The position numbers and the translations under genes are program-made. DNA of 34,986 nt from a virus, in the IMG/VR virus record IMGVR_UViG_3300001765_000193; one strand, given 5' to 3'. The notes below the pieces were generated by a model, which saw only the letters and a program-made list of their open reading frames with translations, had not been told where the DNA came from and did no database searches. Below, piece by piece: positions 31,913 to 34,986 of the stretch; position 1 is the stretch's first letter; every line of letters starts with the position of its first letter.

Positions 31913-32878
31913 TTATTTATTAATTTCGTTAAATAATGCCTCTTTCAAATTTTTAGGCTCTCTAAATTCTTTTGTTTCGGGTCTTGAAGTTGTTTGTGCT
32001 GTCAATGAAATTTCAGTTTCTTTTAGAAATTCCGCTTTTAGATTAACATTATTAGTTTCAATCATTTTACCAATTGATACTAGAATATCATTTTTAAACG
32101 CACTCAATTCCGTTTTCATATCAGTTTCAACTTCCACCTCTTTCGGTGCTTCCGTTTCTGCTTTTACTACTTCGGTTACTTCGCCACCAACTACAACAAT
32201 TGTAGTTCCGTCCTCTCCAACGTATTTGCCATCTGGAGCGTCAATTGCTAACTTAACAACCTCAACAGGTGTTTCAGTTTGCGTTTCTTCTGTGCTTAAA
32301 GCTACTTCGGTATTCATACCAAGTATATCTTTTAAAGCTGTTACAAAATTGTTTTCTTTACTCATTTTATAGTTATTTAATTTAAACTCGCCCTCTATTG
32401 AAATTCCTTTAATTTCACCGCTTTTGATTTTATCTTTAACATCTTCATTCTCTACTTTCATTATTGCAAACCACGTACCTATTGGTAAATCAAATCCGTA
32501 CTCATTTGACTTGTCTTGTTCAAACTCTTTAATCCAACTTTCAACTATTGTAACTCCGTTTAACTTTAAATCTGTATGCTCTGAATTACTATTACTTTGG
32601 TGTCCGTTTATATGAAAATGTCTTTGTGCAAGTTCTATTGTTTCTTTTGGGAACATTATATTATAAGGCTCGCCACTTTTTGTTAATCGTAATATCTTTT
32701 GATTTGGAATTAACACTGGTGTAACCAACAAACCTTTTTCAATTTCTTTTAGCATTACAACCTCATCTTCTTTAGATAGGTATATTCCAACTTCTTCTAT
32801 TGCTGGGTCTTTTACTAAAGCGAAACCAAAAACTCCTTTTTTTTCTTTAGGATTAAATTCTACTAAATACGTTTCCAT
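31913..32878 (-). CDS. XkdF-like prohead protease fused to an acidic scaffold-like C-terminal half, 321 aa
   Basis: HFHINGHQSNSNSEH...TIVESWI...GTWFAIMKVENEDVKDKIKSGEIKGISIEG matches the XkdF/S78-like pattern. The C-terminus is E/T/V/K-rich. Confidence 0.65.
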   Translation of the reverse strand: METYLVEFNPKEKKGVFGFALVKDPAIEEVGIYLSKEDEVVMLKEIEKGLLVTPVLIPNQKILRLTKSGEPYNIMFPKETIELAQRHFHINGHQSNSNSEHTDLKLNGVTIVESWIKEFEQDKSNEYGFDLPIGTWFAIMKVENEDVKDKIKSGEIKGISIEGEFKLNNYKMSKENNFVTALKDILGMNTEVALSTEETQTETPVEVVKLAIDAPDGKYVGEDGTTIVVVGGEVTEVVKAETEAPKEVEVETDMKTELSAFKNDILVSIGKMIETNNVNLKAEFLKETEISLTAQTTSRPETKEFREPKNLKEALFNEINK

Positions 32879-32880
32879 AA

Positions 32881-32892
32881 CTCTATAACGAA
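32881..32892 (-). promoter_or_regulatory. Late-gene motif copy 3 (partial): TTCGTTATAGAG-N2-ATG
   Basis: Shares the CGTTATA core and the 2-nt distance to the ATG. No TTGCAA hexamer at -35. Confidence 0.3.
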
Positions 32893-32931
32893 ATTAAATT
32901 AAAATTTAGGCTTTTTATTTTAAACTTTTTT

Positions 32932-34794
32932 TTACAAACTCGCATTATTAACTATATTTCTATTCATTGCTTGTTGCGTTGTTACTTGCCCTGCTACTAC
33001 ATAAGCCTGAATTGGTGGTTGTTCTTTACCTAAAGTTGTAGCAATTTGATTAACCCCTGCGTTACCTACTACATTAAAAGTTGGTGCTTGACTTGGTGTT
33101 CCGCCACCACCACCTGCACCCCCTGACGAACCACCACTTGGTGCTCCACCGCCCCCTAAGGCACTTAATGCTTTTGATGTTGCAGCTATATTGGCTGTTA
33201 TTCCTATACCTGCATTAAGATAGTTTAATGTTTTTTTAGTTGCTAAATATCCTATACCAGCTGGCCCCATTAAGGCAGATGCTGCTGCATCTGCTGCATT
33301 TGCTGCTTGAGTTGAAACCACTATTTTTGCTATACCTATCGCACTTTCAGCTAATATTAATCCTTTTTGAATAGCTTTATTTTTCTCAAACACCCCTTTC
33401 AATACACTAATACCGCCCTCGATTACTTGCATTGTACTTTCTTGAATTGCTTTTTTACCCTCTGCAATTGCTTTTTCTCTTTCTAATTCTTTTTGTTTAT
33501 ATTCAGCATCTATTTTATCGGACGCCTCAGCTAATTCTGTTTTCCATTGTAAATCTATTTCGGCTTGTTTAAATCTTTCGTCAATAACTCTTAACCGCTC
33601 TTCTTTTTGTGCTTCAAATATTTTATTTTCAAAATCTTTAAAATCTTGAATATCCTGTTCACGTTGTTTTTTTAATTCTTCCCTACGTTTTTCCTGTGCC
33701 TTTTTTTCATTTTCAATAGCTTTTTCGTTTGCATCTTTCTGTGCTTTTATTTTTTCATTTCTAGCGTCTGTTTCCTCTTGTTTTTCGGCTACTCTATTAT
33801 CAATTACTAATTTACGTCTATTAAGTATTGACGCTTTTAGTGAATCATTAGCATCGTTAAACTCTTTTAGTGCTTTTTTTGCTGTTTCCTTTTGAGCATC
33901 TGTCGCATCTTCCAAACCTGCAACCCTTAATGCTTCAATAGCAATTGCTCTTAACGTTTGTGCATTAGCGTACTTTTGAGCTACTTCTTGGTTTGCTAAT
34001 TCAACAGATAATTTCCTAATCTCTTCCGCACTTTTACCACTAGCCTTTGCCATTTTTAGCTGTGCATCTCTACTCAAATCTGCCTCTTGCGTTGCTAATT
34101 TCTGTGCTTTTACTTGTTTGTCTAACTCGTTATTAAGTGCCCTGTTTGCCTGTTCCGCTTTCTCGACTGCTTCCGAGCTATCAATAAACATTTTGACTAA
34201 AGCATAACCTGCTGATACTACTGCTAATATAGCTACTCCAATCGCAACAAGTGGATTTGCACTCATTGCGGCGTTCCATAACCACTGCCCTGCTGTTATT
34301 GCTTTTTGAACTATTGCATAAGATTTTACAACCGCTCCCAATTGTTTAAATGCATCGACGCTTTCGCCCACCGCCTGAGCCCCACTTGCAATTGCCATTG
34401 CAGATTGAACTTTCAATAAAGCATCTTGAGTACTTTCACTTTCAACTCCAAGCGTTCCCATCAAACCTGTTACAACTGAAAAACCACCAGCAACCCCTGT
34501 TAATGAATTACTTAATGCTTTGAATTTTGCATCGGGATTAAAAGCATCGGTTAAGGTTTTCGCATCTCCAATTCTGTCTTTTAGTTCCGCCGCTTTTTTT
34601 GCAGCGTTAACAGCCTCTTTAGAAGTCGCTCCAAATTTCTCTGACAATTCAGCAACCTCCTGCTGTGCTTTACGCATTTGAGTACGTAAACTTTCAGTCT
34701 CTTTTGTTGCTTCTTGAAATGAGGTTTTTAAACCCTCGATACCGCCTTGAGCATTTAGTACGTCAACATCAATTTCGATTACCTTTTTAACCAT
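32932..34794 (-). CDS. Tape measure-like protein, 620 aa
   Basis: Long A/K/E-rich coiled coils, hydrophobic glycine-zipper-like segments (SLTGVAGGFSVVTGLMG, LVAIGVAILAVVSAGYAL) and a Gly-rich C-terminus. Confidence 0.55.
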   Translation of the reverse strand: MVKKVIEIDVDVLNAQGGIEGLKTSFQEATKETESLRTQMRKAQQEVAELSEKFGATSKEAVNAAKKAAELKDRIGDAKTLTDAFNPDAKFKALSNSLTGVAGGFSVVTGLMGTLGVESESTQDALLKVQSAMAIASGAQAVGESVDAFKQLGAVVKSYAIVQKAITAGQWLWNAAMSANPLVAIGVAILAVVSAGYALVKMFIDSSEAVEKAEQANRALNNELDKQVKAQKLATQEADLSRDAQLKMAKASGKSAEEIRKLSVELANQEVAQKYANAQTLRAIAIEALRVAGLEDATDAQKETAKKALKEFNDANDSLKASILNRRKLVIDNRVAEKQEETDARNEKIKAQKDANEKAIENEKKAQEKRREELKKQREQDIQDFKDFENKIFEAQKEERLRVIDERFKQAEIDLQWKTELAEASDKIDAEYKQKELEREKAIAEGKKAIQESTMQVIEGGISVLKGVFEKNKAIQKGLILAESAIGIAKIVVSTQAANAADAAASALMGPAGIGYLATKKTLNYLNAGIGITANIAATSKALSALGGGGAPSGGSSGGAGGGGGTPSQAPTFNVVGNAGVNQIATTLGKEQPPIQAYVVAGQVTTQQAMNRNIVNNASL

Positions 34795-34799
34795 TGTCT

Positions 34800-34925
34800 T
34801 CTAATTTTTTTTCTTAAACCTTTGAAAGTTTTAGGAAGTTCATATTTGCCCTTTGCTATTTCTACATTCTCGCTAACTCCTATAAAGTCATCTTGTTGTA
34901 ATAAATTTATTATGGTTGCTATCAT
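34800..34925 (-). CDS. Hypothetical small protein, 41 aa; spans into the terminal repeat
   Basis: Hand translation MIATIINLLQQDDFIGVSENVEIAKGKYELPKTFKGLRKKN. On the circular map its ATG overlaps the stop of the 743-aa gene (TAATG). Confidence 0.45.
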
Positions 34926-34986
34926 TACGCTTCTTGAATTATGTTTATGTATTTTGTTGCTGTTGGTTTTGCATTATTAAAATATG
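34894..34986. repeat. Terminal direct repeat, copy 2 (identical to 1-93)
   Basis: Exact 93-nt identity with the window start. Confidence 0.95.

Noticed and set aside
32980-33200. The Gly-rich tract (GGGGAPSGGSSGGAGGGGG) as a collagen-like or repeat-expansion feature
   Set aside because: It is a single short low-complexity linker near the C-terminus of the tape-measure-like protein, with no Gly-X-Y periodicity.

Overview
The window is a complete, strongly AT-rich tailed-phage genome. The unit length is 34,893 bp: bases 1-93 recur exactly at 34894-34986, and a translationally coupled operon runs through that junction. The molecule is therefore circular or circularly permuted, or the contig is an overlap-closed assembly. 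Every credible gene is on the minus strand, and neighbouring genes are often coupled by ATGA or TAATG overlaps. All plus-strand ORFs in the track look like shadow ORFs. The host is probably Bacteroidota (Flavobacteriia-like). This is inferred from TAnnTTTG -7 promoter boxes, absence of Shine-Dalgarno sequences, lipobox lipoproteins and DUF3127-type genes. In the direction of transcription the layout is: (1) an early block of many small ORFs (24334->17388), containing an ASCH-like protein and one of the three orphan N6/N4 DNA methyltransferases; (2) the other two methyltransferases (17249->15754); (3) a recombination and replication block (15464->9524) with a YqaJ exonuclease, a DUF3127 OB-fold protein, an SF2 helicase, a VirE/PriCT primase-helicase, an iteron-rich putative origin and a VRR-NUC nuclease; (4) a small sigma-70/ECF-like protein at 7545->7069; (5) a late block that wraps through the window ends: TerS, TerL, a tail assembly chaperone with a U9 -1 frameshift, neck and tail proteins, tape measure, XkdF-like protease/scaffold, major capsid, portal, tail fibre and a lysis cassette (25957->24938). 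Two non-coding observations stand out. First, the ORF-free unit 24441-24801 encodes what looks like a circularly permuted, two-piece tmRNA-like RNA with its own promoter and terminator. Second, three operon leaders (13934-14031, 15479-15560, 17271-17344) share one two-hairpin architecture whose loops are 7-nt complementary in each copy, although the sequences differ between copies. All functional calls rest on motif recognition by eye. No database search was run.
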